A DNA stretch of 52,649 bases. Source: a virus (lineage: Duplodnaviria; Caudoviricetes). Position numbers and translations under genes: made by a program. The stretch lies in the IMG/VR virus record IMGVR_UViG_3300025096_000028, positions 1 through 52,649 of that record. One strand, written 5' to 3'. Below are positions 1 to 8,927 of the stretch, piece by piece (the stretch's first letter is position 1; the number at the start of each line of letters is the position of its first letter). The notes under the pieces were generated by a model that had not been told where the DNA came from, ran no database searches, and saw only the letters and a program-made list of their open reading frames with translations.

Positions 1-21
1 ATTGGCGGAAAATATACATAA
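1..21 (+). CDS. 3' end of an upstream late gene (partial)
   Basis: In-frame IGGKYT-stop whose TAA overlaps the next ATG (TAATG). Confidence 0.4.
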   Translation: MGGKYT

Positions 22-164
22 TGTTTAGTGGACCAAATGGAGCAGGTAAAGGTGACAAACCAAGAGGTATGAAAATATCTCAAAAAGAATTCTCTGAAAG
101 ATGGGATAAAATTTTTAACAAAAAGAAAAAAAAGGACAGTAAAAATGGCAACAGAAGTAAGTAA
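21..164 (+). CDS. Small basic hypothetical phage protein, 47 aa (not in ORF track)
   Basis: MFSGPNGAGKGDKPRGMKISQKEFSERWDKIFNKKKKK...; translationally coupled to the upstream stop. Confidence 0.65.
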   Translation: MFSGPNGAGKGDKPRGMKISQKEFSERWDKIFNKKKKKDSKNGNRSK

Positions 165-438
165 AGATAGCAAGTTTACATTAAGCCTGGAAACAGGTGT
201 TAGTATTCTGGTTACTGTGGGTATGGTTATTGGTATGTGGTTTACACTTCAAGCAGATATTGAAGAAGCAAAAGAATTACCAGCACCTGAAGTATCAAGA
301 ACCGAATATGATTTAAAAGACCAGATGATTAGAAATACAATCATTGAGACACAAAAAGATGTGACTGAGGTAAAAGAAACACAAAAAGAAATGCGTGATG
401 ATGTTAAAAACATTGAACGTATGATGATGCAAAAGTGA
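145..438 (+). CDS. Single-TM membrane protein with C-terminal coiled coil
   Basis: Hydrophobic segment GVSILVTVGMVIGMWFTL followed by a heptad-rich helical tail; AAGGA upstream. Confidence 0.75.
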   Translation: MATEVSKDSKFTLSLETGVSILVTVGMVIGMWFTLQADIEEAKELPAPEVSRTEYDLKDQMIRNTIIETQKDVTEVKETQKEMRDDVKNIERMMMQK

Positions 439-447
439 GGTATAGAG

Positions 448-849
448 ATGAATTATTTATATGGTATTGCATATTTAGTTGGTATTTGTTTATCATTATC
501 ACCCTTGTATGCTCAAAGTAGTTTAAAAGATTTACAACAAGTCCAATTATTAAGTCAAGATGGTTGTGTAATAGTTCAAGTGAATGCAGATTGGAATTAT
601 AGTGCTTCTATTGATTTAGGAGATTTTGATGACTGTGAGTGGTTTAATGCAAGTATAGACAATAAAGAATATGGTGCTGTATTAGCAAGTGAATGGAAGA
701 TAGTATCAGTTCCAACAATTATTATGTTTGAATATGGTAAAGAGATTAAAAGATTTGAAGCAGGTTTATCGTTTAACCTTAATAAAGAAGAAATCATCAA
801 AAAAATAAACGAAGAGATAGATGCAATAATGTTAAGGAGATTTCAATGA
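448..849 (+). CDS. Secreted thioredoxin-fold protein lacking CxxC
   Basis: Signal peptide (..SPLYA-Q); VQVNADW in place of the usual F.A.WCxxC; cis-Pro motif IVSVPTIIMFEYGKEIKRF. Confidence 0.7.
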   Translation: MNYLYGIAYLVGICLSLSPLYAQSSLKDLQQVQLLSQDGCVIVQVNADWNYSASIDLGDFDDCEWFNASIDNKEYGAVLASEWKIVSVPTIIMFEYGKEIKRFEAGLSFNLNKEEIIKKINEEIDAIMLRRFQ

Positions 850-1916
850 GAAAATTACTATGTAGTTTATTATTGTTAGGTTCAATATATGCACAAGACT
901 TTTTTAAGTTTAGTACAATATATGGAGCTTATAATTTTAGTAGTCCAGTAACAAAGGAATTACAATATCAAGTATCTGGTGGTCAATTACAGGAGTTACA
1001 AGAAGAGTTAGATGACCATACAGTTATGACGTTCGGTATTCGTAAACTAGCCAGGTTCGGATATGAGAACAAAAGCGAAGTTTGGTATTCAGGAACAGAG
1101 GCTAGCATTAATGAAAGTGCTGCTATTGGTAATGTTCCTCAGGGTTGGGAATATGTAATTGAGTATTCAGACCATAAAGAGTTTGAAGAAGAGTTTACAA
1201 ATAAACAATTTATGCTTAGATATATGGGTAAACACTTTATTGGTAAAGCTAACTACGATTATCGTGGATTAGAAGATGTAGAGTTCGCAGCTGTAGATAT
1301 GAGATATAAGAAAGACCTTGGTAATCTTGCATTATCATTAGGAGTTGCAGGTCGTTCACATCCAGCATATTTAGATTTCCTACCTATTGATTTATGGTGG
1401 GATGAACAAGGAATTGATATTAGTGAATCTACTCCATTCTGGTTATTTGCATATGAATATGGCTATAGTGATGAATGGACACAGCAATTTACTCAATATG
1501 GATATTCTTATTATGACTGGAAATGGTATGATGCAGAAGGTAATCTAGTAGCAAATACAGATGATATGTTCTATAAACAGGTCTATGGAGAGATTGTTAA
1601 AGATTATAATGAAGAGTATGCAAAAGACCTTGGTTATCAGAATGAATTAAGTTTATCAGTAGGTGCTGATTATTATAAATACACACCTAAGAATTGGTTT
1701 CACTTTTGGACCACAGCATATCCAGTAACAAAGGGTATGTCTGACTATTCATTTAATTATGATGTAGCAGAAAATGGAATGGATTATGACTTGGGACTAG
1801 TTTACGGATGGAAAATAAGTAACAAGTTTGGAATATTTTTAGAAGGTCGTTATTTTAACATGTACGATGTTCAAAGTTATGAGTCCAAGGTTGGATTCAA
1901 TTGGTTAATATATTAA
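846..1916 (+). CDS. Putative outer-membrane beta-barrel protein
   Basis: Signal peptide MRKLLCSLLLLGSIYA; alternating amphipathic strands; C-terminal aromatic beta-signal-like KVGFNWLIY. Confidence 0.7.
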   Translation: MRKLLCSLLLLGSIYAQDFFKFSTIYGAYNFSSPVTKELQYQVSGGQLQELQEELDDHTVMTFGIRKLARFGYENKSEVWYSGTEASINESAAIGNVPQGWEYVIEYSDHKEFEEEFTNKQFMLRYMGKHFIGKANYDYRGLEDVEFAAVDMRYKKDLGNLALSLGVAGRSHPAYLDFLPIDLWWDEQGIDISESTPFWLFAYEYGYSDEWTQQFTQYGYSYYDWKWYDAEGNLVANTDDMFYKQVYGEIVKDYNEEYAKDLGYQNELSLSVGADYYKYTPKNWFHFWTTAYPVTKGMSDYSFNYDVAENGMDYDLGLVYGWKISNKFGIFLEGRYFNMYDVQSYESKVGFNWLIY

Positions 1917-1930
1917 TGTTAGGAGAAAAT

Positions 1931-2077
1931 ATGATAGGATTTATAGTAGGATTAGCTTTAGGCTTTGGTCTTCATTATGCACTATGTAAGTATAATGACA
2001 AGTGTAAATGTTTTGAATTTGCAAAACTTAAAGCAAAAGTTGTAAAAGCGAACAAGAAAAAGAAAGGTAAAAAATAA
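1931..2077 (+). CDS. Small membrane-anchored basic protein, 48 aa (not in ORF track)
   Basis: AGGAG SD; MIGFIVGLALGFGLHYALC...KKKKGKK; TAATG coupling to the holin gene. Confidence 0.7.
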   Translation: MIGFIVGLALGFGLHYALCKYNDKCKCFEFAKLKAKVVKANKKKKGKK

Positions 2078-2448
2078 TGCCTAAACTAGATATAGTTGCT
2101 GGTATTATTGATAAGGTTGCAGGTCATGTAGACAAGTTTACTTTAGACAAACAGGAGAAAGCTGAGTTAATTGCAGAAATTAACAAAGCACAAATGGAAG
2201 TCAATAAAGTAGAAGCTGGTCATACAAGTATCTTTGTTGCGGGCTGGAGGCCCTTCACGGGCTGGATATGTGCTACAGCATTAGGGTATCACTTTTTATT
2301 GCAACCTTTACTTACATTTATTATGTATAGTTTTGGAAATGAAATAGTATTACCAACCTTTGATATGGGCACTCTTACAACAGTACTTCTTGGAATGCTC
2401 GGTCTCGGGGGGATGCGTAGTTTTGAGAAGGTGAAGAAAAGTGCCTAA
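2077..2448 (+). CDS. Holin (3TM, gene-transfer-agent holin family-like)
   Basis: Family-like motifs FVAGWRPFTGW and LLGMLGLGGMRSFEK; hydrophobic helices. Confidence 0.8.
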   Translation: MPKLDIVAGIIDKVAGHVDKFTLDKQEKAELIAEINKAQMEVNKVEAGHTSIFVAGWRPFTGWICATALGYHFLLQPLLTFIMYSFGNEIVLPTFDMGTLTTVLLGMLGLGGMRSFEKVKKSA

Positions 2449-4000
2449 ACAAGAATATCAAATATTAGGATTTCATGGTGGAATTAACAATAATTCAGAC
2501 CCTAAAGATTTAAGTGATATAGAGATGAGAGAAGCAGATGGTGTTTCTATTCATAAATTGGGAAGAATAGTAAATATAGGAAATCAAGATACTGCATTAA
2601 CAAACTTAGCTACGGCACAAAATGTAGCAGCAGATGTTGAACCTGGATATGGATTACATTATTTTTCAACAGACTATGATAATAGCGAGGCTAAAACTCC
2701 AGAAGATTGGTTAGCCATTTATGATAAACAAAATAGTGGTCGTATTAGATTTTACTATAGAGATAAAGACGGAGATAGTCCAGCATTATCAAGTAATGTT
2801 GTAGCTACAGGAGCTATAAAGCCTAATTTTTATTATGTAGATGGATTATTAAGAATAGGAGATGCTTCACATACACAAGATAGTAAATGGTATGGATATA
2901 TTGATTCTTCTTTGTTTTGGACTAATCAATTTGGTAATACTGGAAATTTACACGATATTCATAAATGGCAAAATGGAGACCAAAAATTAAAAAGTTTTAG
3001 AGAATTATTAGGAGATGTTGATAAATTAGTTTTATTTGATGCTAATGCAGCAGGTCCTACTGATAGCACTATTGAAGCTTCAAACAAACAAATTGTTTTA
3101 TCTTATTGGACTAATTCAAATGGTGATTGGAATGGAAATTATCAATTTGGAGCTACTCCAGTTTATATGGGAGACCAAGAAGGACCTATAACTCCATTTC
3201 AATCTAGTTTGAATGTAGTAGATACTGTTAGTTTTTATGATAATGAAGTTATATTTCAAGTTCATATATCTACTGGAGAAGATAATGGAAGCGGAATAAC
3301 TGACGATGCTAACCATAGACTAGGAGACGATAGAATTGTAGGAATTAATTTTTATTTTAGAGAACAACAAAATGAAGATTGGACATTTTTAATGCATACT
3401 GATTTGCTTGAAGGGGGTAAACATTATTGGAAATTATATAATTCTAATACTGAATCTTCTTATGGTATTTGGGATATTGACAACGATACATCAGTAGGTG
3501 GAACTCCAACTAAAAGAGAAGGTGTAGATATCATGGAAAATTCTGCAACATCAGCTACCCATATTGCTTTTAGCGATGCTGCTGGTTCGGGCACTGATTG
3601 GGAAGGAACTGGGAGTGCCGCTTCTCAAGCAGGAAAATCTTTTTCTAAGGTTGATTTGAGAGTAATATTAGATAATAATAATGTAAATGGTTTTGATGGT
3701 AGATATGGTTTTTTAAGAATATGGGGAGGAGCAATATCTCCTTTATATGTTGGGGAAGTTTCTGGAAATAAAATAGCTTTAAAAACTGGTGTTAGTGGAA
3801 CTCCAGGAACTACATTAGACACATATTATGTTCCAATGTATTTACCAGCGCTAGGAACGGATAGAGAATTTAAAGTAGAAGTATTAGATGAAAATTTTAC
3901 AGTAATTGCTGATAGTGGTATTTTTACTATGACAATAGAAGAAAGTAATAAAGTTGCTCCAGAAGAATATGACCAAGACCAATATCATGAAATTTATTAG
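2441..4000 (+). CDS. Tail/nozzle-like structural protein (N-terminal part)
   Basis: GTG start; N-terminus GFHGGINNNSDPKDL resembles podovirus nozzle/stabilisation protein starts; beta-rich. Confidence 0.55.
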   Translation: MPKQEYQILGFHGGINNNSDPKDLSDIEMREADGVSIHKLGRIVNIGNQDTALTNLATAQNVAADVEPGYGLHYFSTDYDNSEAKTPEDWLAIYDKQNSGRIRFYYRDKDGDSPALSSNVVATGAIKPNFYYVDGLLRIGDASHTQDSKWYGYIDSSLFWTNQFGNTGNLHDIHKWQNGDQKLKSFRELLGDVDKLVLFDANAAGPTDSTIEASNKQIVLSYWTNSNGDWNGNYQFGATPVYMGDQEGPITPFQSSLNVVDTVSFYDNEVIFQVHISTGEDNGSGITDDANHRLGDDRIVGINFYFREQQNEDWTFLMHTDLLEGGKHYWKLYNSNTESSYGIWDIDNDTSVGGTPTKREGVDIMENSATSATHIAFSDAAGSGTDWEGTGSAASQAGKSFSKVDLRVILDNNNVNGFDGRYGFLRIWGGAISPLYVGEVSGNKIALKTGVSGTPGTTLDTYYVPMYLPALGTDREFKVEVLDENFTVIADSGIFTMTIEESNKVAPEEYDQDQYHEIY

Positions 4001-4011
4001 GGAGATTAATA

Positions 4012-5196
4012 ATGGCTGAATACACAGTAATGAATCCAGGGAAATATCATTTAGGTAATTCTTTTAATTTTCCTCCTATACAAAATAGAAAGTATAGTGA
4101 AAGAAACATAATAAAATCTATTAAATGGAAAACATCAGCTCTTTTAGGTAGAAGAATATATGTTGGAAATGTTGAAATAGAAGATAAGGATGGTAAAGTA
4201 AAATTATTTTCTGATAGTATTTTTAAATCTAAAAGTAATAAATTTGATACCTTTAGAATGGATGGTCGTATAGATGTTGCTGTAGGTGATGGTGAAGAAA
4301 TAATAAGGCTAGCAGGATACGCTGATAGATTACTTCAATTCAAACAGAACACTCTTCATGTTATTAATGCAAATAAAGATGTAGAATTTCTTGAATCAAC
4401 CCATAAGCATAAAGGAGTATCACATTATAACGCAGTATGTGAAACAGATTATGGAGTTGCTTGGTGCAATGCTCATGGGGTATATATGTATAATGGACAA
4501 CAAATTGTAGATTGTTTTGAAAGACAAGGAATAAGAATATTTTCTGACGATGATTGGAATGGAAGTAGCGGTTTTTATAAAGATGGAGAAACTATGATAG
4601 GCTATATTCCAGACACACGCCAATTATTGATTGTAAGAGGAAATACAGATGTTTCAGGCAATGGAGATGTAATGTTATATAATATGATAACACAATCATG
4701 GACAAAATCTACTGGAAGAATAACAAGAGAAGATAAAACAAATTTAATAAATATTTGGGATGGAAAATTAGTATTTGGATATGAAAGTGATACTAATGAA
4801 ATAACAGTTCTTCCATGGAAAGTAGACCCTTCAGTTGCTGTAGATAATTATAAAATAGAAACAAAAGAATTAAATTTTGGAACTCAAGCTAGGAAAAAGA
4901 TATCTAAAGTAAGAATTACTTACAAGGGAGGAGCAGGAGGAAATACTAATATATTACCTAAATATGCATATGATGGAGGGACTTTTAATCATTCTTTTCA
5001 AGATGAAAATGGAACAAACATAACTAATATTGCAGGTAGTGCTAATTGGGCTGAAATAGACCTATATACGAGTTCAAATGCAAACAATATAAGAAGTTTC
5101 GGTATTCAGCTTACAGACGTTTCTGGGCAAGATGTAGCAAGTGATTTTCAAATTAATGATGTAACAATTATTTATAGAAGAAAGAGTGTAAAATAA
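4012..5196 (+). CDS. Tail/nozzle-like structural protein (beta-propeller plus C-terminal domain)
   Basis: Propeller-like repeats; C-terminal KIETKELNFG...FQINDVTIIYRRK resembles nozzle C-termini. Confidence 0.55.
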   Translation: MAEYTVMNPGKYHLGNSFNFPPIQNRKYSERNIIKSIKWKTSALLGRRIYVGNVEIEDKDGKVKLFSDSIFKSKSNKFDTFRMDGRIDVAVGDGEEIIRLAGYADRLLQFKQNTLHVINANKDVEFLESTHKHKGVSHYNAVCETDYGVAWCNAHGVYMYNGQQIVDCFERQGIRIFSDDDWNGSSGFYKDGETMIGYIPDTRQLLIVRGNTDVSGNGDVMLYNMITQSWTKSTGRITREDKTNLINIWDGKLVFGYESDTNEITVLPWKVDPSVAVDNYKIETKELNFGTQARKKISKVRITYKGGAGGNTNILPKYAYDGGTFNHSFQDENGTNITNIAGSANWAEIDLYTSSNANNIRSFGIQLTDVSGQDVASDFQINDVTIIYRRKSVK

Positions 5197-5504
5197 TGGC
5201 AGAACAAGCTGAAAAAAAGTTTCAAGTTAAAAGAGCGAGTGTTGGAGGAGCTACAGAAACTCCTTTAAGAAGGTTTTATAGAGAAAGTAGACATTTAAAT
5301 CAAAGCAAATCAAGATTTGTATCTAATATTCCTACAGATGATATTGGAAAAGAAGGAGATGTTGTATTTTTTGAGAATAAAGATAATTTTAATAAAGTAG
5401 AACAATTTGTTAAACATGAAGGTAAATGGATTAATATATCTACAGGAAGACCAAACTCAGATTCTGCTCATGTTAAAAAATGGGTAAAAGCAAAATCTGT
5501 ATAA
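5196..5504 (+). CDS. Hypothetical, probably structural protein
   Basis: Coupled ORF in the tail cluster. Confidence 0.6.
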   Translation: MAEQAEKKFQVKRASVGGATETPLRRFYRESRHLNQSKSRFVSNIPTDDIGKEGDVVFFENKDNFNKVEQFVKHEGKWINISTGRPNSDSAHVKKWVKAKSV

Positions 5505-5518
5505 CTAATAGAAAACAG

Positions 5519-5547
5519 TTGATAGTAATGAATAATATATATAAATT
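5519..5547 (+). promoter_or_regulatory. Sigma70-like promoter of the ejection-protein operon
   Basis: TTGATA-N17-TAAATT; same hexamers and flanks (GTTGATA...TAAATTAGA) as at 43901. Confidence 0.7.
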
Positions 5548-5577
5548 AGAGATAAAATCTTACAAGGAAAATTATTT

Positions 5578-6825
5578 ATGGAAATAGGTAAGTCATATAA
5601 GAATCAATTAAAAAGCCCTTCTATGCGCTCGGTGCATGAAAGTGCAAATAAAAATCAGTATCTTATGGATGCTCAACAAGATATTACAAAATCTAAAACT
5701 ACTGCTGGTATTATACAGGATGAAACTTACAAAGTTGAGGCTTTAACCGATACGCTTGCTGGTGGTTTTGTCGCTCTAGAACATAAGCAAAATGAAGAAG
5801 AAGACAAGACGGAAAGAGATGAGAGTCTTGCAAAATTAAGAGATGCTGGATTTGATGTTGAGATAACAACGACTACATTTGCAGATACCATTCAAAATAA
5901 AGATTTAAAGTTTGGAGATAGAGGTACAAAAATATTGGTAAATGGAGAAGAATGGTCTACTCCCAAAGTACTTGCTTATGGTAAATATCTGGGCGTGTAT
6001 GATAATGAAAATAATTTTTTTAATAATATAGAATCGCATTATGGACCAAAATTTCCAAAAGGAGCGGGTAAATTTAATTATTCTGAATTTTCAGATGAAG
6101 AAATGGTAAAAAAGATTGTAATGCAAGAACATAAAGGTTTAGGATTTGCAAATTTAAAAAATATAACAGATACTGAATGGGACCAATTATTTAATGATGG
6201 ATATATTGAAAGAGAAGTAGAAGCAGCAGATGGAATTGCTTATAAAAAACAATATAAATATTCAAAAAAAAGTACTAATAAAAATGTTATTTCTGATAAA
6301 AATTCACCAAATTATATTTTTGATGGAACATGGGACCATGGAATTTTAATGGTAAATTCAGCATGGACAAATACTACTAGTGGAATAACACTTGACCCTA
6401 GTCATGATGATTATAAAAATGATTCTTCTTCCTTAGAGTTTGGAGCAGATGGTGTAACTAAAGATGTATTATTTCAAGGAGTTGCTAAAGTTGGACAAAA
6501 ACATTATGGAAAAGATAAATGGAATAATGCTTCTAATCAACAAAAACAGACATGGCTTCAAAATAATACCAAAATGAATTATGAAATGGGTAGATATTTA
6601 GCAAAAGAAGGTGGAATAGGAGGAATATCCGATAGAGGAGGATGGAATCAATGGTCAACAATGCCAGCAGTTGCAAGACATGAAAATCTAAAAAGAAGTA
6701 AAGGTACTTTAAAAGAGACAGAAGGTGCTTTTTTTGGAGATAATAGAGGTTTTGATAAGGGAGACTTTTATGGTAAAAATAGTATGTGGAGAAGTATAAT
6801 GAATTCATGGAAGAAAGGAGGATAA
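5578..6825 (+). CDS. Virion/ejection protein with lysozyme/lytic-transglycosylase-like domain
   Basis: Candidate catalytic IVMQE, then GTWDHGILMVNSAW, NYEMGRYL and GWNQWST in the order seen in lysozyme-like SLT domains; no Cys. Confidence 0.6.
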   Translation: MEIGKSYKNQLKSPSMRSVHESANKNQYLMDAQQDITKSKTTAGIIQDETYKVEALTDTLAGGFVALEHKQNEEEDKTERDESLAKLRDAGFDVEITTTTFADTIQNKDLKFGDRGTKILVNGEEWSTPKVLAYGKYLGVYDNENNFFNNIESHYGPKFPKGAGKFNYSEFSDEEMVKKIVMQEHKGLGFANLKNITDTEWDQLFNDGYIEREVEAADGIAYKKQYKYSKKSTNKNVISDKNSPNYIFDGTWDHGILMVNSAWTNTTSGITLDPSHDDYKNDSSSLEFGADGVTKDVLFQGVAKVGQKHYGKDKWNNASNQQKQTWLQNNTKMNYEMGRYLAKEGGIGGISDRGGWNQWSTMPAVARHENLKRSKGTLKETEGAFFGDNRGFDKGDFYGKNSMWRSIMNSWKKGG

Positions 6826-6826
6826 G

Positions 6827-7342
6827 ATGCCTTTTGACCCAGTAACAGCAACATTTGCTTTGAACGTAGGACAAACTTTATTTGGCGCTAATCAACAAGC
6901 TCGTCAAAATAGAGCATTAATTAAAGGAAATAAAGCTGCAATAGGAAATATAAATAAAGCTATTGATGTTCTACCTGAAGTAGCAGTAAGTCGACAAGAA
7001 GTAGCTAAAGATGAATATAGATTTGGATTTGAACTTTCAGGTAAAAAAACTTCTACTATGTTTGATGAGTTATATAGAAAGCAAGATGTTTTAGGAGGAG
7101 CACAAAAATTTGCACATTCAGGAGCAGCTCAAAATGAATTAAGTATGTTAACAGATAAATTAAATCAAGATTTTTTATATAGATATCAAGGTCTTAATAG
7201 AGCACTAGACAAACAATATGCAAGTATTGAAGAATCAAGAATAGCAGAAGAGCAACAATTAAAAAATGAAAGATTTAAATTAGAACAAGAAAATAGACGA
7301 TTAAGTAAAACAGATACTTTCTGGGAAGGGTTAGGGCTATAA
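6827..7342 (+). CDS. Small ejection (internal virion) protein
   Basis: Hydrophobic N-terminus, Ala/Gln-rich helical body, no Cys; first of a size-increasing cargo series. Confidence 0.55.
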   Translation: MPFDPVTATFALNVGQTLFGANQQARQNRALIKGNKAAIGNINKAIDVLPEVAVSRQEVAKDEYRFGFELSGKKTSTMFDELYRKQDVLGGAQKFAHSGAAQNELSMLTDKLNQDFLYRYQGLNRALDKQYASIEESRIAEEQQLKNERFKLEQENRRLSKTDTFWEGLGL

Positions 7343-7343
7343 T

Positions 7344-8924
7344 ATGGCATTTGGATACAAGCCAAATACATCTCAAATTACTACAGCTTTAAATGATATA
7401 TTAGAGTCTAGACAAAAAAGAGAAGCAGCAGAACAAGCTAGCGAAGAAAGAATTTTAGCATTACAAAGAGATGCATTTGAAAGCGATAGAGATTGGAATG
7501 AAAAATTAGCCGATAAAGTTAAAACAAATTTAGAAGGATTAATAAGAGGAGCTAAAGATGAAAGACACTACAATGTTCAATCTTTTAGAGATAGTTATTT
7601 GTCTCCTTTATATGAAATACACAAAGATAGCGCAGAAGGATTTGGCGGATTAAGAAACCAATTTATAAAGAGCGGCTTAAGCCCTTTTATGTCTAATAAA
7701 ATGGCTGGATTAATTTGGTCTGCTGGAGTTAATAATACAGACCATGTCCCTGTTATTGAATTTGCAGATTTGATAAATAATGAAATACAGAATGAAGATG
7801 ATACATTTGAAGATGCTTTAGCAGCTTTTGGTATTCTACCTCCTGGAAAAGAACTTAGTGAACCAAGAAATCAAAAAGTTTATAGTGAAGCTGAAAATCT
7901 TATAGGCAATCATCAGGAAGTAATAGAGTTAAATCAAAAATTAGAGGATTTTTATCGAATAAGCCCTTCTAAGTTAATTAAAAATGTATCTTCTTCAGAA
8001 TTTGATATGGGAGAAGGAGTATTTAGTGGAAAACCTGGTGGTGATGATGATGATGATAATCCACTAGAATATACATTTCCATTTTCTACAAATGATGTAG
8101 AATCTGTTTTTAATATGGATGCTAATAGACAAACACAATATTTCAATAGTATAGGTTGGGGAAGTGCTGTATATAGCATGGATATGACTGAAGACGCTAT
8201 GAATCAAAATCTTGCATTAAATGCAGAAGCGCAATTAGGGTTAGATAAAATGGATGACTACTATTTAGATATAGCTAGTAAACAAGGATATGACTTAACT
8301 AACGAAGATATGGGTAATTTAAATAGACTTATAGAATTAAGAAGAAGTCTACTTCAGAACGAAGCTACTGTATTTACTAATAATATTAATCAATTCACTA
8401 GCCAAGGCGGTGGAGGTGCTGGAGGTGGTTCTGGTTCTGGTTCTGGAGGTGGTTCTGGTTCTGGTTCTGGAGGTGCTGGAGGCGGTGGAGGTGCTGGAGA
8501 TAGTGACCAAACTCAGTATGGATATATGGGAGAATTTGGACATGATGCTAAACAACTTCCTGCTACATTAGCAATGAAGGCATATAATACTGTTATGAAT
8601 ATGGGAGCTACAATGGAAGACAATAAATATGCTCAGGAGATGAAACTTGTAGTTAGAGATAAACACCTTTTGGGGAAAGCTTCAATAAAACTTAGAGAAC
8701 TAGAAGAAACTCCTGTAGAAAAACGAAGAACGAATTATGACAATCAACTTAATAGCCTTCAACAAAACGTTGAAAGACTTGAAACAAAATTTAACGATAG
8801 AATTTTAGATTTTAACGATAGATATAATACAAATTTTGGAGCATATTCTATACCTTTCTTAGAAAAGATGATACATATGACAAAAGATAATTCTCCAAAC
8901 GATATTCTAAAAAGAAAGAGATAA
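7344..8924 (+). CDS. Ejection (internal virion) protein with Gly/Ser linker
   Basis: Helical acidic protein, no Cys, 31-aa Gly/Ser/Ala tract. Confidence 0.55.
   Translation: MAFGYKPNTSQITTALNDILESRQKREAAEQASEERILALQRDAFESDRDWNEKLADKVKTNLEGLIRGAKDERHYNVQSFRDSYLSPLYEIHKDSAEGFGGLRNQFIKSGLSPFMSNKMAGLIWSAGVNNTDHVPVIEFADLINNEIQNEDDTFEDALAAFGILPPGKELSEPRNQKVYSEAENLIGNHQEVIELNQKLEDFYRISPSKLIKNVSSSEFDMGEGVFSGKPGGDDDDDNPLEYTFPFSTNDVESVFNMDANRQTQYFNSIGWGSAVYSMDMTEDAMNQNLALNAEAQLGLDKMDDYYLDIASKQGYDLTNEDMGNLNRLIELRRSLLQNEATVFTNNINQFTSQGGGGAGGGSGSGSGGGSGSGSGGAGGGGGAGDSDQTQYGYMGEFGHDAKQLPATLAMKAYNTVMNMGATMEDNKYAQEMKLVVRDKHLLGKASIKLRELEETPVEKRRTNYDNQLNSLQQNVERLETKFNDRILDFNDRYNTNFGAYSIPFLEKMIHMTKDNSPNDILKRKR
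8406..8498 (+). repeat. Low-complexity Gly/Ser-coding repeat
   Basis: Includes an exact 24-nt tandem duplication GGAGGTGGTTCTGGTTCTGGTTCT at 8421-8444 and 8445-8468. Confidence 0.9.
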
Positions 8925-8927
8925 TTT

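Noticed and set aside
30-53. GPNGAGKG resembles an ABC-ATPase Walker A motif
   Set aside because: It lacks the S/T after Lys and sits in a 47-aa ORF, too short for an NTPase fold
3998-4012. Stop-codon readthrough or recoding joining adjacent ORFs, as in some crAss-like phages
   Set aside because: The neighbours are out of frame and have their own SD sites; long genes are intact under the standard code
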